From the NCBI GenBank assembly GCA_963813315.1, contig CAWEYO010000017.1, forward strand, positions 52,172 to 116,171: DNA of 64,000 nucleotides. Direction: 5' to 3'. This document shows, piece by piece, positions 10,521 to 20,815 of the stretch. The stretch comes from an uncultured Alphaproteobacteria bacterium. Its GTDB lineage: Bacteria; Pseudomonadota; Alphaproteobacteria; Rhizobiales; Rhizobiaceae. The notes below the pieces were generated by a model. That model made no database searches and was not told the DNA's origin. It was given only the letters and a program-made list of their open reading frames with translations. Every line of letters starts with the position of its first letter. Within the stretch, counting starts at the first letter, position 1. The position numbers were made by a program, and so were the translations under genes.

Positions 10521-11444
10521 CTATTCCGCTGCCGAAAGCTCGGCCTTCACTTCCTTCAGGATGCGCCGGCCCTCGCCCTGTTCGATCCGCGCTATGTCGT
10601 CCTGGTACTTCAGGAGAACCCCGATCGTGTCGGACACCGTTTCCGGGTCGAGCGCCACCTTGTCGAGCTCGGTAAGCGCGCCTGCCCAGTCGATCGTCTC
10701 GGCCACGCCCGGCACCTTGAACAGCTCGATCTCGCGCAGCTTCTGAATGAACCGCACGACCTCCGCCGAAAGCCGCCGATTGGCATCCGGCACCTTGCGG
10801 CGGACGATCTCCAGCTCGCGCTCGGCATCCGGATAATCGACCCAGTGGTAGAGGCAGCGCCGCTTCAGCGCGTCGTGGATCTCGCGGGTCCGATTGGTGG
10901 TAATGATGACGATCGGCGGCTCTTCCGCCTTGATCGTGCCCAGTTCGGGCACGGTCACCTGGAAATCTGAGAGGATTTCAAGAAGAAACGCCTCGAATGC
11001 CTCGTCCGTACGGTCAAGTTCGTCGATGAGAAACACCGGTGCCGCACCCTTCTTGCCGGTCAATGCGTCCAGCACCGGCCGGCGGATCAGGTATTTTTCC
11101 GAGAAGACATTCCTTTCCATGTCCTTGCGGTCAACCTTTCCGGCAGCTTCCTCCATCCGGATTTCGATCATCTGCGCGGCATAGTTCCACTCATAAACAG
11201 CCGAGGAAACATCGAGTCCCTCATAGCATTGCAGCCTGATCAGCCTTCGCCCGAGCGCCTTGGCCAAAACCTTGGCAATCTCCGTCTTGCCGACGCCCGC
11301 TTCCCCTTCCAGAAACAATGGCCGCACCATCCTGAGGCTAAGGAACAGCACGGTCGCCAAGGCCCTGTCGGCGACGTAATCGGCGCCAGTCAGCAATGCC
11401 AGCGTCTCGTCGATCGATTGCGGCACAGGGCGCGGATCAGTCAT
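10521..11444 (-). CDS. MoxR-family AAA+ ATPase, CoxD-like
   Basis: Walker A GEAGVGKT and Walker B VFLIDELDR. Start chosen at MTDPRPVPQ. Confidence 0.85.
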   Translation of the reverse strand: MTDPRPVPQSIDETLALLTGADYVADRALATVLFLSLRMVRPLFLEGEAGVGKTEIAKVLAKALGRRLIRLQCYEGLDVSSAVYEWNYAAQMIEIRMEEAAGKVDRKDMERNVFSEKYLIRRPVLDALTGKKGAAPVFLIDELDRTDEAFEAFLLEILSDFQVTVPELGTIKAEEPPIVIITTNRTREIHDALKRRCLYHWVDYPDAERELEIVRRKVPDANRRLSAEVVRFIQKLREIELFKVPGVAETIDWAGALTELDKVALDPETVSDTIGVLLKYQDDIARIEQGEGRRILKEVKAELSAAE

Positions 11445-11476
11445 ATTTTCTCCGGGGACATCGGCAGCGTGCATTT

Positions 11477-11618
11477 GGGTGTGTGCGATTCAGGTCAGGC
11501 CGAGTCGAAAATGGCGGTTTTCGAGAACCGGCACGCAGCGAACGTTCGGGTACGTGAGTACCGGAAGCGCAGAAGATCGCCATTTGCAGGCCGGCATCAC
11601 CTGAATACCAATGCACCC
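11477..11618 (+). repeat. family A long palindrome (copy 3)
   Basis: GGGTGTGTGCGATTCAGGTCAGGCCGAG...CATCACCTGAATACCAATGCACCC. Its last bases abut the flavin reductase stop codon. Confidence 0.9.
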
Positions 11619-12112
11619 TAGAGCGCATGGTAGGCGCGATCATGATAAAGCAAAGGCCTCAAATTGTCGCCGATGCGCAACCCTGTCACCTTGCCGAAAA
11701 GAACGCGATGCGTGTGCAGATCCTTGGTGTCGATCAGATCGCAGTCGAATACGGCGATCGCCTCTTTCAGCGTCGGAGCGCCGGTCTCGATCGTGTCCCA
11801 ATGGCCGATTTCGAAGCGCTTCTCGACGGGAAGCCCCGTGAGGCCCGAAAAAGCAGCCGAAAGCGGCTGCTGATCGGCCGACAAAGTGTTGAGTGCAAAG
11901 CGGCCGTTCAACACAAAACAATCGTTGTTGGGATTTTCGCGGTTGAGGCATACAAGGATCGTTGGCGGGGAGTCGGAAACTGAACATGTGGCGATCACGG
12001 TCACGCCGCGTTTCCCGGCCGGGCCGTCAGTGGTGATGATGTGAACCGCACCCGCAAAACGCGCCATTGCGTCGCGATAGGCCTGCGGCCCGATATCGTT
12101 CTTCTTGAGCAC
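11618..12112 (-). CDS. flavin reductase family protein
   Basis: FAGAVHIITTDGPAGKRGVTVIATCSVSDSPPTILVCLNR is the flavin_reduct fold. The start is uncertain: GTG 12112 by length analogy, while the track ORF extends to 12220. Confidence 0.7.
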   Translation of the reverse strand: MLKKNDIGPQAYRDAMARFAGAVHIITTDGPAGKRGVTVIATCSVSDSPPTILVCLNRENPNNDCFVLNGRFALNTLSADQQPLSAAFSGLTGLPVEKRFEIGHWDTIETGAPTLKEAIAVFDCDLIDTKDLHTHRVLFGKVTGLRIGDNLRPLLYHDRAYHAL

Positions 12113-12258
12113 TAGTGAATTCCCGAAAGCGAACTCCCATCTCCGTATATAAGTTTGCGGGCCTATGCCACAAGCGCCTGTCATATCGAGGAAAAGGCGT
12201 GCCGTTGCCGCCCGCGTCAATCCGCTGTTTCTTGGCGCGCCCGATCATGTGGACCACT

Positions 12259-12526
12259 GGAGCGGTTTCGATTCCGACGGAATCGGTGAACCGCTCCAAC
12301 TCTTTATTCTTACGCAATTCCGGACGGAAAACCGGTTCCCACTTTTCCTGGAATTGCCACTCTTTTGACGCAATTCCGGACGGAAAACCGGTTCCACTTT
12401 TCCTGGAATTGCCACTCTTTTTTGACGCAATTCCGGACGGAAAACCGGTTCCACTTTCCTGGAATTGCCACTCTTTTTTGACGCAATTCCGGACGGAAAA
12501 CCGGTTCCCACTTTTCCTGGAATTGC
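12259..12526 (+). repeat. family D hairpin repeat: leader hairpin plus four tandem units (period 56-57 bp)
   Basis: Units begin at 12314, 12370, 12427 and 12483. Each is GCAATTCCGGACGGAAAA-CCGGTTCC(C)AC-TTTTCCTGGAATTGC, separated by CACTCTTTT(TT)GAC. Confidence 0.9.
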
Positions 12527-12578
12527 TCCAATTCGCGTGTTGCACCCGGACCCGCCACCCTTTACCTCTTGGCGCGGG

Positions 12579-13700
12579 ATGGCGAACGGCAACAATATCA
12601 TGGCACCACGCGGCTGCGTCCGGCAGCGAGCAATCCTCGCAGCCGGTAGCCTGCTGGCGTTCTTTCTGCTGGCGCATCCGGCAAATTCGGTCGAAATGAA
12701 AATAGGCGTTGCAGCGCCCCTGAGCGGCCCTTCCGCAATTCTTGGCAGACAGGTCTGGGACGGTGCCCGCGCTGCGGCGGCCGACTACGAAAACGGCACC
12801 GTTCATGTGGAAAGCCTTGACGACGCCTGTACGGCAGAGGGCGGCGCGAACGCCGCACGGAAGTCTGCCGCCGCGAAGGTGCAGATGGTCATAGGCTTTC
12901 TGTGTACCGAGGCCATCGAGGCGGCGATGCCTGTGCTCAAGGCTGCCGGCATCCCTGTTATTACCGTCGGTGTCCGCACCGACAGCCTGACCGACCGCCG
13001 GGACAAGACCGGATGGCCCGTCTTCCGTCTTGGGCCAAGAGCGGACGGCGAACGGACGGCGGCGGCGGCATTGCTTGTGCGGTTGTGGCGAGGAGAGCTT
13101 TTCGCGATTGTCGACGACGGCACGATCTCCGGCCGGGAGCTTGCGGAGAACTTCCGGCTTGCCGCCGAGCAGGCCGGGCTGAAACCCGTATTCGTCGATA
13201 CGTTCCGTCCGCAACTGGACAACCAGATCGGGCTTGCCGGTCGCTTGCGCAAAGCCGGAGCGACCCATGTTTTCGTCGGCGGGGACAGGGAGGACGTAGC
13301 GATTCTGGGCCGCGATGCGCGATGGCTTGGCATGCCTCTCACGATCGCCGGCGGCGAGTCGCTTCGCGCCTCGGAAGATCGCCTTCAGTTGCGGCCGGGC
13401 ACTCTGATGGTCGGACTGCCCGAGTGGGCGGGGCGCGCACCTGCCAAGACCGTCGCGTCACTCAAGGCACTCCAAATAGAGCCGGATGGTTATGTCTTGC
13501 CGGCATACACCGCAATCGGCATTGCCGCGGCAGCAGTTTCGGAGGCGCAGGCAACCGGCAAGAAGCTGGTTGACATTCTGGCATCCTACGAGTTTCAGAC
13601 GGCCATCGGGACGGTGCGCTTTGATGCCAAGGGCGATCTTGCGGACAGTCCTTACGAGCTCTTCAAATTCGACGGCACCAAATTCGTTGAGGTGGAATAG
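12579..13700 (+). CDS. ABC transporter substrate-binding protein (Leu/Ile/Val-binding family)
   Basis: Signal peptide ...LLAFFLLAHPANS, then MKIGVAAPLSGPSAILG, typical for type 1 periplasmic binding proteins. No permease or ATPase genes are adjacent. Confidence 0.8.
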   Translation: MANGNNIMAPRGCVRQRAILAAGSLLAFFLLAHPANSVEMKIGVAAPLSGPSAILGRQVWDGARAAAADYENGTVHVESLDDACTAEGGANAARKSAAAKVQMVIGFLCTEAIEAAMPVLKAAGIPVITVGVRTDSLTDRRDKTGWPVFRLGPRADGERTAAAALLVRLWRGELFAIVDDGTISGRELAENFRLAAEQAGLKPVFVDTFRPQLDNQIGLAGRLRKAGATHVFVGGDREDVAILGRDARWLGMPLTIAGGESLRASEDRLQLRPGTLMVGLPEWAGRAPAKTVASLKALQIEPDGYVLPAYTAIGIAAAAVSEAQATGKKLVDILASYEFQTAIGTVRFDAKGDLADSPYELFKFDGTKFVEVE

Positions 13701-13701
13701 A

Positions 13702-14715
13702 ATGCCCTTTCGAACCGGACCGCGCAATCTGATCACCGATGTGGCCGGTCTCTCGGTTGGCAATGCGTCGGACGAAGGCCTCAAGTCCGGTGTGACCGTG
13801 GTAATTTGCGAAGAACCCGCAGTTGCCGGCGTCCAGGTACTTGGCGGCGCTCCAGGAACAAGGGAAACCGACCTTCTCGAGCCGCACAATTCGGTCCAGG
13901 CGGTCGATGCGCTCGTGCTTTCGGGTGGCTCCGCTTTCGGCCTGGACGCTGCGTCGGGCGTGCAGGCCGCACTAAGGGAAAAAGGCGTCGGCTTCGACGT
14001 GCGCGGTTTCAAGATTCCGATTGTGCCCGCGGCCATCCTGCAAGACCTTGACAACGGCGGCGACAAGGACTGGGGACGTTATCCGCCTTATCGCGAGCTT
14101 GGCTATGAAGCCGCGCAGGCCGCCGTGTACGACTTCACCATCGGTACCGCCGGCGCCGGAACAGGCGCGCGCGCCGCCGGCTTCAAAGGCGGTCTCGGCT
14201 CCGCATCGACCTTGCTCGACAGCGGCATTACCGTCGGAGCGCTTGTCGCGGCAAACCCGTCCGGCGCGGTCACCATCGGCCGCACTAGGCACTTTTGGGC
14301 AGCCCCTTTCGAGATCGGAGAGGAATTCGGAGGACTCGGCTTGCCGTCGCCCTGGCCTGCCGACGCGCAGCATCTTTCGCTAAGGTATCGCGAGATGACC
14401 CAGGCAGGCGCCAACACGACCATAGCTGTAATCGCCACGGACGCGATCCTGACCAAGCCTGAGGCCAAGAGGCTGGCGATCGCCGCCCATGACGGCCTTG
14501 CCCGTGCCATCTGGCCGGCGCACACTCCCATTGACGGCGACCTGGTATTTGGCCTGTCGACTGCGCGAAGCGGCATCAGGCCGGACCGCGATGCGGCAAT
14601 CGATCTCTATGCAGCCGCTGGCGCCACAATGGCGCGCGCGATTGCCCGCGCAATCCATGCGGCTACGCCCTCCGAAGGCGACCTGATGCCCGTCTGGTCC
14701 GCGATGGGACGATGA
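13702..14715 (+). CDS. P1/S58 family peptidase (DmpA-like aminopeptidase)
   Basis: MPFRTGPRNLITDVAGLSVGNASDEGLKSGVTVV...GGAPGTRETDLL. Starts 2 nt after the upstream stop. Confidence 0.85.
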   Translation: MPFRTGPRNLITDVAGLSVGNASDEGLKSGVTVVICEEPAVAGVQVLGGAPGTRETDLLEPHNSVQAVDALVLSGGSAFGLDAASGVQAALREKGVGFDVRGFKIPIVPAAILQDLDNGGDKDWGRYPPYRELGYEAAQAAVYDFTIGTAGAGTGARAAGFKGGLGSASTLLDSGITVGALVAANPSGAVTIGRTRHFWAAPFEIGEEFGGLGLPSPWPADAQHLSLRYREMTQAGANTTIAVIATDAILTKPEAKRLAIAAHDGLARAIWPAHTPIDGDLVFGLSTARSGIRPDRDAAIDLYAAAGATMARAIARAIHAATPSEGDLMPVWSAMGR

Positions 14716-14810
14716 AGCCGGGGATCGCGGTTGCCGGACGCGTGTGACGGGCCCAGTGTTTGCGCTGATGCCGCGTTGAGCAATCGCGCGGTCTCTGTTA
14801 GGAGGCCAGA

Positions 14811-14906
14811 GCAATTCCAGCAAAAGTGGGAACCGGTTTTCCGTCCGGAATTGCGAAAAACAAAGAGCTAGAGCGGTTCACCGATTTCGTTAAAATCGGA
14901 ACCGCC
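14811..14906 (-). repeat. family D hairpin repeat, single unit with leader (inverted orientation)
   Basis: GCAATTCCAGCAAAA-GTGGGAACCGG-TTTTCCGTCCGGAATTGC, then GAAAAACAAAGAGCTAGAGCGGTTCACCGATT.., the reverse complement of 12259-12357. Confidence 0.9.
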
Positions 14907-14929
14907 TCATCCAGGAATTAGGACTCGAC

Positions 14930-16237
<1,308 letters not shown>

Positions 16238-16257
16238 CGGGCCAGAGAACGGGCGGA

Positions 16258-16327
16258 GCATGCACAAAAACAATAGCCTAAAGCTAAAGCGCGTCGCATG
16301 AATCCGTTTCGAAGCAATGCGCTTTAG
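16258..16327 (-). repeat. family B repeat, partial (module 1 plus the edge of module 2), inverted
   Basis: GCATGCACAAAAACAATAGCCTAAAGC..TAAAGCGCGTCGCATGAATCCGTTTCGAAGCAATGCGCTTTAG. Directly abuts repeat A4. Confidence 0.8.
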
Positions 16328-16468
16328 GGTGTGTTGGAATTCAGGTCAGGCCGAGCCGAAAATGGCGGTTTTCGAGAACCGGCACGCAGGGTACGTTTGG
16401 GTACGTGAGTACCGGAAGCGGAGAAGACCGCCATTTGCAGGCCGGCATCACCTGAATATCAACACACC
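16327..16468 (+). repeat. family A long palindrome (copy 4)
   Basis: GGGTGTGTTGGAATTCAGGTCAGGCCGAGCCGAAAATGGCGG...CATCACCTGAATATCAACACACC. Confidence 0.9.
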
Positions 16469-16472
16469 TGGA

Positions 16473-17288
16473 TCAGCACTCGCTCGCAGGAACAGTCCGG
16501 ATCACCGTGCCCCACGGGTCTCGGCGCTCCTCGTCCCTTTCGGCAAGCATGGACCGCATTTCAACCCATGAGAGGCCCGCGCGGCGGTCGTCGCGCAGTC
16601 CTGCACCGCTGCTTCGCCATGAGTTGGCGCCGATATGATGGTGGTATCCGCCGGAGGACAGAAATACGGCGCTGCCGGCGATCTTGTGCACCGTGTCAAA
16701 GCCAAACTTCGAGTGCCACCACTCTTCTGCAGCGTCCGGATCCCCTACACGCAGATGAACATGGCCGATGACGCTCTCTTCGGGCGCCTCTTGCCAGGCC
16801 GGAGCATCCGCCGGCACATCGCCCAGCAAGGCGGGAATGTCCAGCTTAAGTGTCGCCAGATCGACAGAGGCGCCGTTCCACTTCCATTGTTCCTTGGGCC
16901 GATCCGCATAGATCTCAATGCCGTTGCCCTCCGGGTCGGTAAGATAGAGCGCCTCGCTAACCCGATGGTCCGAAGCCCCTTCTATCGATATTCGCTTTTC
17001 TACGGCGTGCTTCACCCATCGTCCGAGATCGGTGCGCGTGGGCAGAAGAAAGGCAGTATGGAAGAGCCCGGCACTGCCAGGGTCGTCCGGAAGCGCCGAG
17101 ATATCGTTCTCGATTTCAAGCAGGGGCCGTTGCCCTGCCCCAAGCGTGATGGTTCCGTTCTTGCGTGACATTATCGCGAGGCCGATCACCTCGCGATAAT
17201 ACCTTGCCAGCGCATCGGCATCCCTTGCCTTCAGGCCGACGCGGGCGACGCTGATGGGCGTCGTTACGGCAAATGGCATGTCACTCAT
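16473..17288 (-). CDS. VOC family protein (two glyoxalase/extradiol-dioxygenase-like domains)
   Basis: 271 aa. Repeated VOC modules (VGLKARDADALARYYREVIGL.. and IGHVHLRVGDPDAAEEWW). Confidence 0.7.
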   Translation of the reverse strand: MSDMPFAVTTPISVARVGLKARDADALARYYREVIGLAIMSRKNGTITLGAGQRPLLEIENDISALPDDPGSAGLFHTAFLLPTRTDLGRWVKHAVEKRISIEGASDHRVSEALYLTDPEGNGIEIYADRPKEQWKWNGASVDLATLKLDIPALLGDVPADAPAWQEAPEESVIGHVHLRVGDPDAAEEWWHSKFGFDTVHKIAGSAVFLSSGGYHHHIGANSWRSSGAGLRDDRRAGLSWVEMRSMLAERDEERRDPWGTVIRTVPASEC

Positions 17289-17460
17289 GTCTGGCTCCGT
17301 CTCAGGCTACGGCTCGATTGTCACTGCGCAACTGTAGGTCGGTCGCGAGCAGGATTTCCGCAAGCAGCCGATTCACGAACACACCGTTCAACCGGAGAGA
17401 CGGGCGGAACGTTCCCGGTCCACAGTTGCACAGGCCGCCTCGCGCGGCTACATCCGCGTC

Positions 17461-18009
17461 ATGAAAGTCAAGGACGCGGAAATTTTGATCGTGCCTGGAT
17501 ACACCAATTCGGGGCCCGGGCACTGGCAGAGCCGCTGGCAATCCCGGCTGTCGACCGCGCGCCGCGTCGAGCAAGTGGAATGGTCGAAACCTGTCCGGGA
17601 GGACTGGACCTCGAGGGTAGCCGAGGCCGTCAATTCCGCCTTAAACCCAGTCGTGCTGGTCGCTCATTCGCTCGGCATCCCGGCAGTCATCCACGCGATT
17701 CCCGAATTCAAGAGGCCCGTCGCCGGTGCCTTTCTGGTGGCGCCGCCGGACGTTGCCAATCCCGGCATACGACCGAAGCATCTCATGACCTTCGGCCCCT
17801 ACCCGCGCGCGCCTCTGCCCTTTCCATCGGTAACGATCGCCAGCCGAAACGATCCCTACTGCGCCTTCGAGGTTGCCCAGGACATTGCCGCCGCATGGGG
17901 TTCGCTCTTCATGGACGCCGGCGAAGCCGGACATATCAATGCCGATGCCGGATTTGGTCCCTGGCCCGAAGGCTCGATGGCTTTCGCGCAATTCCTGTCG
18001 CGGCTTTAG
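17461..18009 (+). CDS. serine hydrolase, RBBP9/YdeN family
   Basis: 182 aa. ILIVPGYTNSGPGHWQSRW and VAHSLG nucleophile motif. Confidence 0.75.
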   Translation: MKVKDAEILIVPGYTNSGPGHWQSRWQSRLSTARRVEQVEWSKPVREDWTSRVAEAVNSALNPVVLVAHSLGIPAVIHAIPEFKRPVAGAFLVAPPDVANPGIRPKHLMTFGPYPRAPLPFPSVTIASRNDPYCAFEVAQDIAAAWGSLFMDAGEAGHINADAGFGPWPEGSMAFAQFLSRL

Positions 18010-18070
18010 GGTTGTCGTATAACCTATTGTTTTAGGCCGACTATTTACAGAATCGCAATTTCTTCGGCTT

Positions 18071-18841
18071 TCAGTCCATTGATTTGCGGGCCGCCTGAAG
18101 CAAACTCTCGGCGCCGAGCGCAATGAAGCGATGCTCAGTCCCGAGCGCGAGAAACCGGTAGCCCATCGAAACATAGCGCCCGGCGAACTTTGGATCTGCA
18201 AGGAAGATTCCTGCCAGCTTGCCCGCCTGTTTGGCGCGCGCCGCAATGGCTGCGACCTCAACCATCATGTCTTCATGCGTGGGATCGACGACCGCTCCGT
18301 TCGTCCAGGCGATCGAAAAGTCCGAGGGTCCCACGAAAACGCCATCAATGCCCGGCGTCGCAAGGATGCCGTCCAGCGCGTCGAGCGCTGCTCGGGTTTC
18401 GATCATCGCGAAGGCAACAGTACCGCTGTTCGACTCGCGCAGCCATGTCTGGGGGTCCCGACGTTCGGCCCGTGGTAGACCGAAGCCCGGCCCCCACGAA
18501 CGCTCCCCAATGGGCGGATACTTCATTGACGCCGCAAACCGCCGCGCATCCTGGACGGAATTGACCATCGGCGCAATTACTGCCTCAGCCCCGAAATCGA
18601 GTGCCCGGCTTGCCATGTCGTACCGGCCCACGGGAATGCGGACCGCAACGTGTTTCTTCGCGTTGAGAACCGGAACGATACCGCGCAGCACACTGTCTTC
18701 GTGATGCCCGCCATGCTGCATGTCCAGCGTGACGGCGTCGAAACCCTGGTTCGCAATGATTTCTACCGTCAACGCGTCCGGTATGCCGGACCATGCCGTA
18801 AAGAGCGTTTCACCGGCATTGAGGCGCGCTGCAAGCGACAT
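18071..18841 (-). CDS. HpcH/HpaI family aldolase
   Basis: 256 aa. FDAVTLDMQHGG, AMIETRAALDALDGI and GVFVGPSDFS motifs. Confidence 0.85.
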   Translation of the reverse strand: MSLAARLNAGETLFTAWSGIPDALTVEIIANQGFDAVTLDMQHGGHHEDSVLRGIVPVLNAKKHVAVRIPVGRYDMASRALDFGAEAVIAPMVNSVQDARRFAASMKYPPIGERSWGPGFGLPRAERRDPQTWLRESNSGTVAFAMIETRAALDALDGILATPGIDGVFVGPSDFSIAWTNGAVVDPTHEDMMVEVAAIAARAKQAGKLAGIFLADPKFAGRYVSMGYRFLALGTEHRFIALGAESLLQAARKSMD

Positions 18842-18901
18842 GGAACGAAACCTCCCGATTAGAGCGCCAATTCAAACAGATGCCCTCTTGCATCGCAAAG
18901 G

Positions 18902-18925
18902 AAAACCGCCCGGGGTCTCCCCGGG
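18902..18925 (-). terminator. probable intrinsic terminator of the zeta-like gene
   Basis: 7-bp GC stem CCCGGGG/CCCCGGG (18909-18915 / 18919-18925), 3-nt loop, followed on the minus strand by GGTTTTCC. It lies 30 nt after the stop at 18956. Confidence 0.45.
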
Positions 18926-18955
18926 GCCGGCGAATATCCATCCTTGCCCGAAGGA

Positions 18956-19276
18956 TCAGGAATTCTTGACCTGCTCGATGGCCTGGGCAAGCAGCTCGTC
19001 CATCGTACGGCGAATCTGATGGTCCGACTGGTCGACGCCGGCGGCGTCGAAGTCCTTCCGCACCTTACGGAAAACGTCGTGATCGCCGGCTTCCTCTATG
19101 TCGGATATGACCACTTCCTTGGCGTAGGACTCGGCCTCCGCGCCGCTCAACCCGAGCTTTTCGGCAGCCCAAAGCCCGAGCATCCTGTTGCGCCGGGCGA
19201 CTGCCCTGAACTTCATCTCTTCGTCGAGAACGAATTTGCGTTCAAAGCCTTCTTCGCGATCTTTCATCACGCTCAT
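18956..19276 (-). CDS. DUF1476 protein (alphaproteobacterial F1-ATPase inhibitor zeta-subunit family)
   Basis: 106 aa from MSVMKDREEGFERKFVLDEEMKFRAVARRNRMLGLWAAEKLG, which matches my memory of the zeta/DUF1476 family. Confidence 0.75.
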   Translation of the reverse strand: MSVMKDREEGFERKFVLDEEMKFRAVARRNRMLGLWAAEKLGLSGAEAESYAKEVVISDIEEAGDHDVFRKVRKDFDAAGVDQSDHQIRRTMDELLAQAIEQVKNS

Positions 19277-19549
19277 GGCAATCCTCCGGGTGGCCGCCGA
19301 ATCCTCGGCGTCTATATGGGTTCTTCCTGCACAAACCAAAAGGCCCGCCGCCCGTCAATATCAAGCTCTAGTTTGTGCCGTGCGGCATAAGCGGGCCGAA
19401 ACCGGTTGATTGGGCAGAATTGCCGATTGAGCAATCGCTCCGATTGCGGTAGAGACCGCGCGTGAGAACCACTCTGCCGCATCTCACTGCCGCGCAAGAA
19501 GAGGGAGCGGTTGCTTGCCGCATGCCCTTGAACCCAGAGAAAACAGTCG

Positions 19550-20338
19550 ATAAATCGTCGCCGCCGTATTTATGAAGGCAAGGCCAAGATCCTCTATGAG
19601 GGTCCCGAGCCCGGCACTCTGATCCAGTTCTTCAAGGACGACGCGACCGCCTTCAACAAGAAGAAGCACGAGATCATCGACGGCAAGGGCGTGCTCAACA
19701 ACCGCATTTCCGAGCACATCTTCACGCATTTGAACCGCATGGGCATTCCGACCCACTTCATCCGCCGGCTCAACATGCGCGAGCAGTTGATCAAGGAAGT
19801 TGAGATCATCCCGCTCGAAGTCGTCGTGCGCAACATCGCGGCCGGTTCGCTCGCCAAGCGACTCGGCATCGAGGAAGGCACGGTGCTGCCGCGCTCGATC
19901 ATCGAGTTCTACTACAAGGCGGACGCGCTCGACGATCCGATGGTTTCGGAGGAGCACATCACCGCATTCGGCTGGGCGAGCCCACAGGAAATCGATGATG
20001 TGATGGCGCTTGCCATTCGCGTCAACGACTTCCTGTCCGGTCTTTTTCTCGGTGTCGGCATCCAGTTGGTCGATTTCAAGATGGAATGCGGACGGCTCTA
20101 CGAGGGCGACATGATGCGCATTGTCGTGGCCGACGAGATTTCCCCGGATTCCTGCCGACTGTGGGATGTCGCAACGCAGGACAAGCTGGACAAGGACCGC
20201 TTTCGCCGGGACATGGGCGGGCTTGTGGAGGCCTATCAGGAGGTCGCGCGTCGGCTGGGCATCATGAACGAGAACGAACCGCCGCGTCCGTCCGGACCCG
20301 TGCTGGTTTCGACAAATGGCAAAGGGCGGCCCCACTAG
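19550..20338 (+). CDS. purC: SAICAR synthase. The conserved N-terminus starts at an ATA codon (no canonical start)
   Basis: The frame reads (ATA)[34 protein letters not shown]. An in-frame TGA lies at 19529. There is no ATG/GTG/TTG until 19691 (the ORF in the track). Confidence 0.8.
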   Translation: MNRRRRIYEGKAKILYEGPEPGTLIQFFKDDATAFNKKKHEIIDGKGVLNNRISEHIFTHLNRMGIPTHFIRRLNMREQLIKEVEIIPLEVVVRNIAAGSLAKRLGIEEGTVLPRSIIEFYYKADALDDPMVSEEHITAFGWASPQEIDDVMALAIRVNDFLSGLFLGVGIQLVDFKMECGRLYEGDMMRIVVADEISPDSCRLWDVATQDKLDKDRFRRDMGGLVEAYQEVARRLGIMNENEPPRPSGPVLVSTNGKGRPH

Positions 20339-20478
20339 GTGTGTTGGGATTCAGGTCAGGCCGAGTTGAAAATGGCGGTTTTCGAGAACCGGCACGCAGC
20401 GTACGTTTGGGTACGTGAGTACCGGAAGCGCAGAAGACTGCCATTTGCAGGCCGGCATAACCTGAATACCAACAGACC
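20337..20478 (+). repeat. family A long palindrome (copy 5)
   Basis: Fills the purC-purS spacer. Centre is CGTAC-GTTTGG-GTACG. Confidence 0.9.
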
Positions 20479-20513
20479 CTAATCCGCGCCGATCCACCGC
20501 AGGAGCAGCCGAC

Positions 20514-20756
20514 TTGATCAAGGCTCGTGTCACCGTCACGTTGAAGAACGGCGTTCTCGACCCGCAGGGCAAGGCAATCGAGCACGCGCTCGACAGCCTT
20601 GGCTTTTCAGGGATTGGCTCCGTCAGGCAAGGCAAGGTTTTCGACATCGAGGTCGACGGAACCGACGCCGCCGGGGCGGAAGCCAACCTCAAGGCGATGT
20701 GCGAGAAGCTGCTGGCCAATACCGTGATCGAAAATTATAGTGTAGCTCTCATCTGA
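20514..20756 (+). CDS. purS: phosphoribosylformylglycinamidine synthase subunit PurS
   Basis: 80 aa, (TTG)[25 protein letters not shown]. Confidence 0.9.
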   Translation: MIKARVTVTLKNGVLDPQGKAIEHALDSLGFSGIGSVRQGKVFDIEVDGTDAAGAEANLKAMCEKLLANTVIENYSVALI

Positions 20757-20815
20757 AGTTGTGCCCGAGGAATGAACGAACTCCGCGAACCTCAGGGACC
20801 TTTCGACCAGACATC

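Noticed and set aside
9366-10970. Very long ORFs antisense to recognisable genes. They include 9366-10970 (534 aa), 61724-63898 (724 aa), 22359-23534 (391 aa), 12027-13268 (413 aa), 35112-36233 (373 aa), 14918-15739 and 3589-4428
   Set aside because: Their Arg/Ala/Gly/Pro-rich, low-complexity translations are typical of the stop-poor antisense frames of high-GC coding DNA. Each lies opposite a gene with clear family motifs.
12314-12526. Regularly spaced 44-bp repeats that could be mistaken for a CRISPR array
   Set aside because: The intervening 12-13-bp segments are near-identical to each other rather than unique spacers. The repeats are themselves hairpins of a dispersed family (another copy at 14811). 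No cas genes are present.
16317-16571. Recurrent ORFs beginning [31 protein letters not shown] (also 11229-11621, 24704-24901, the 5' part of 8742-9206 and the antisense ones at 20262-20585 and 24495-24920)
   Set aside because: The conserved peptide is simply the translation of the family A palindromic repeat. The ORFs diverge as soon as they leave the repeat and overlap real genes or spacers.
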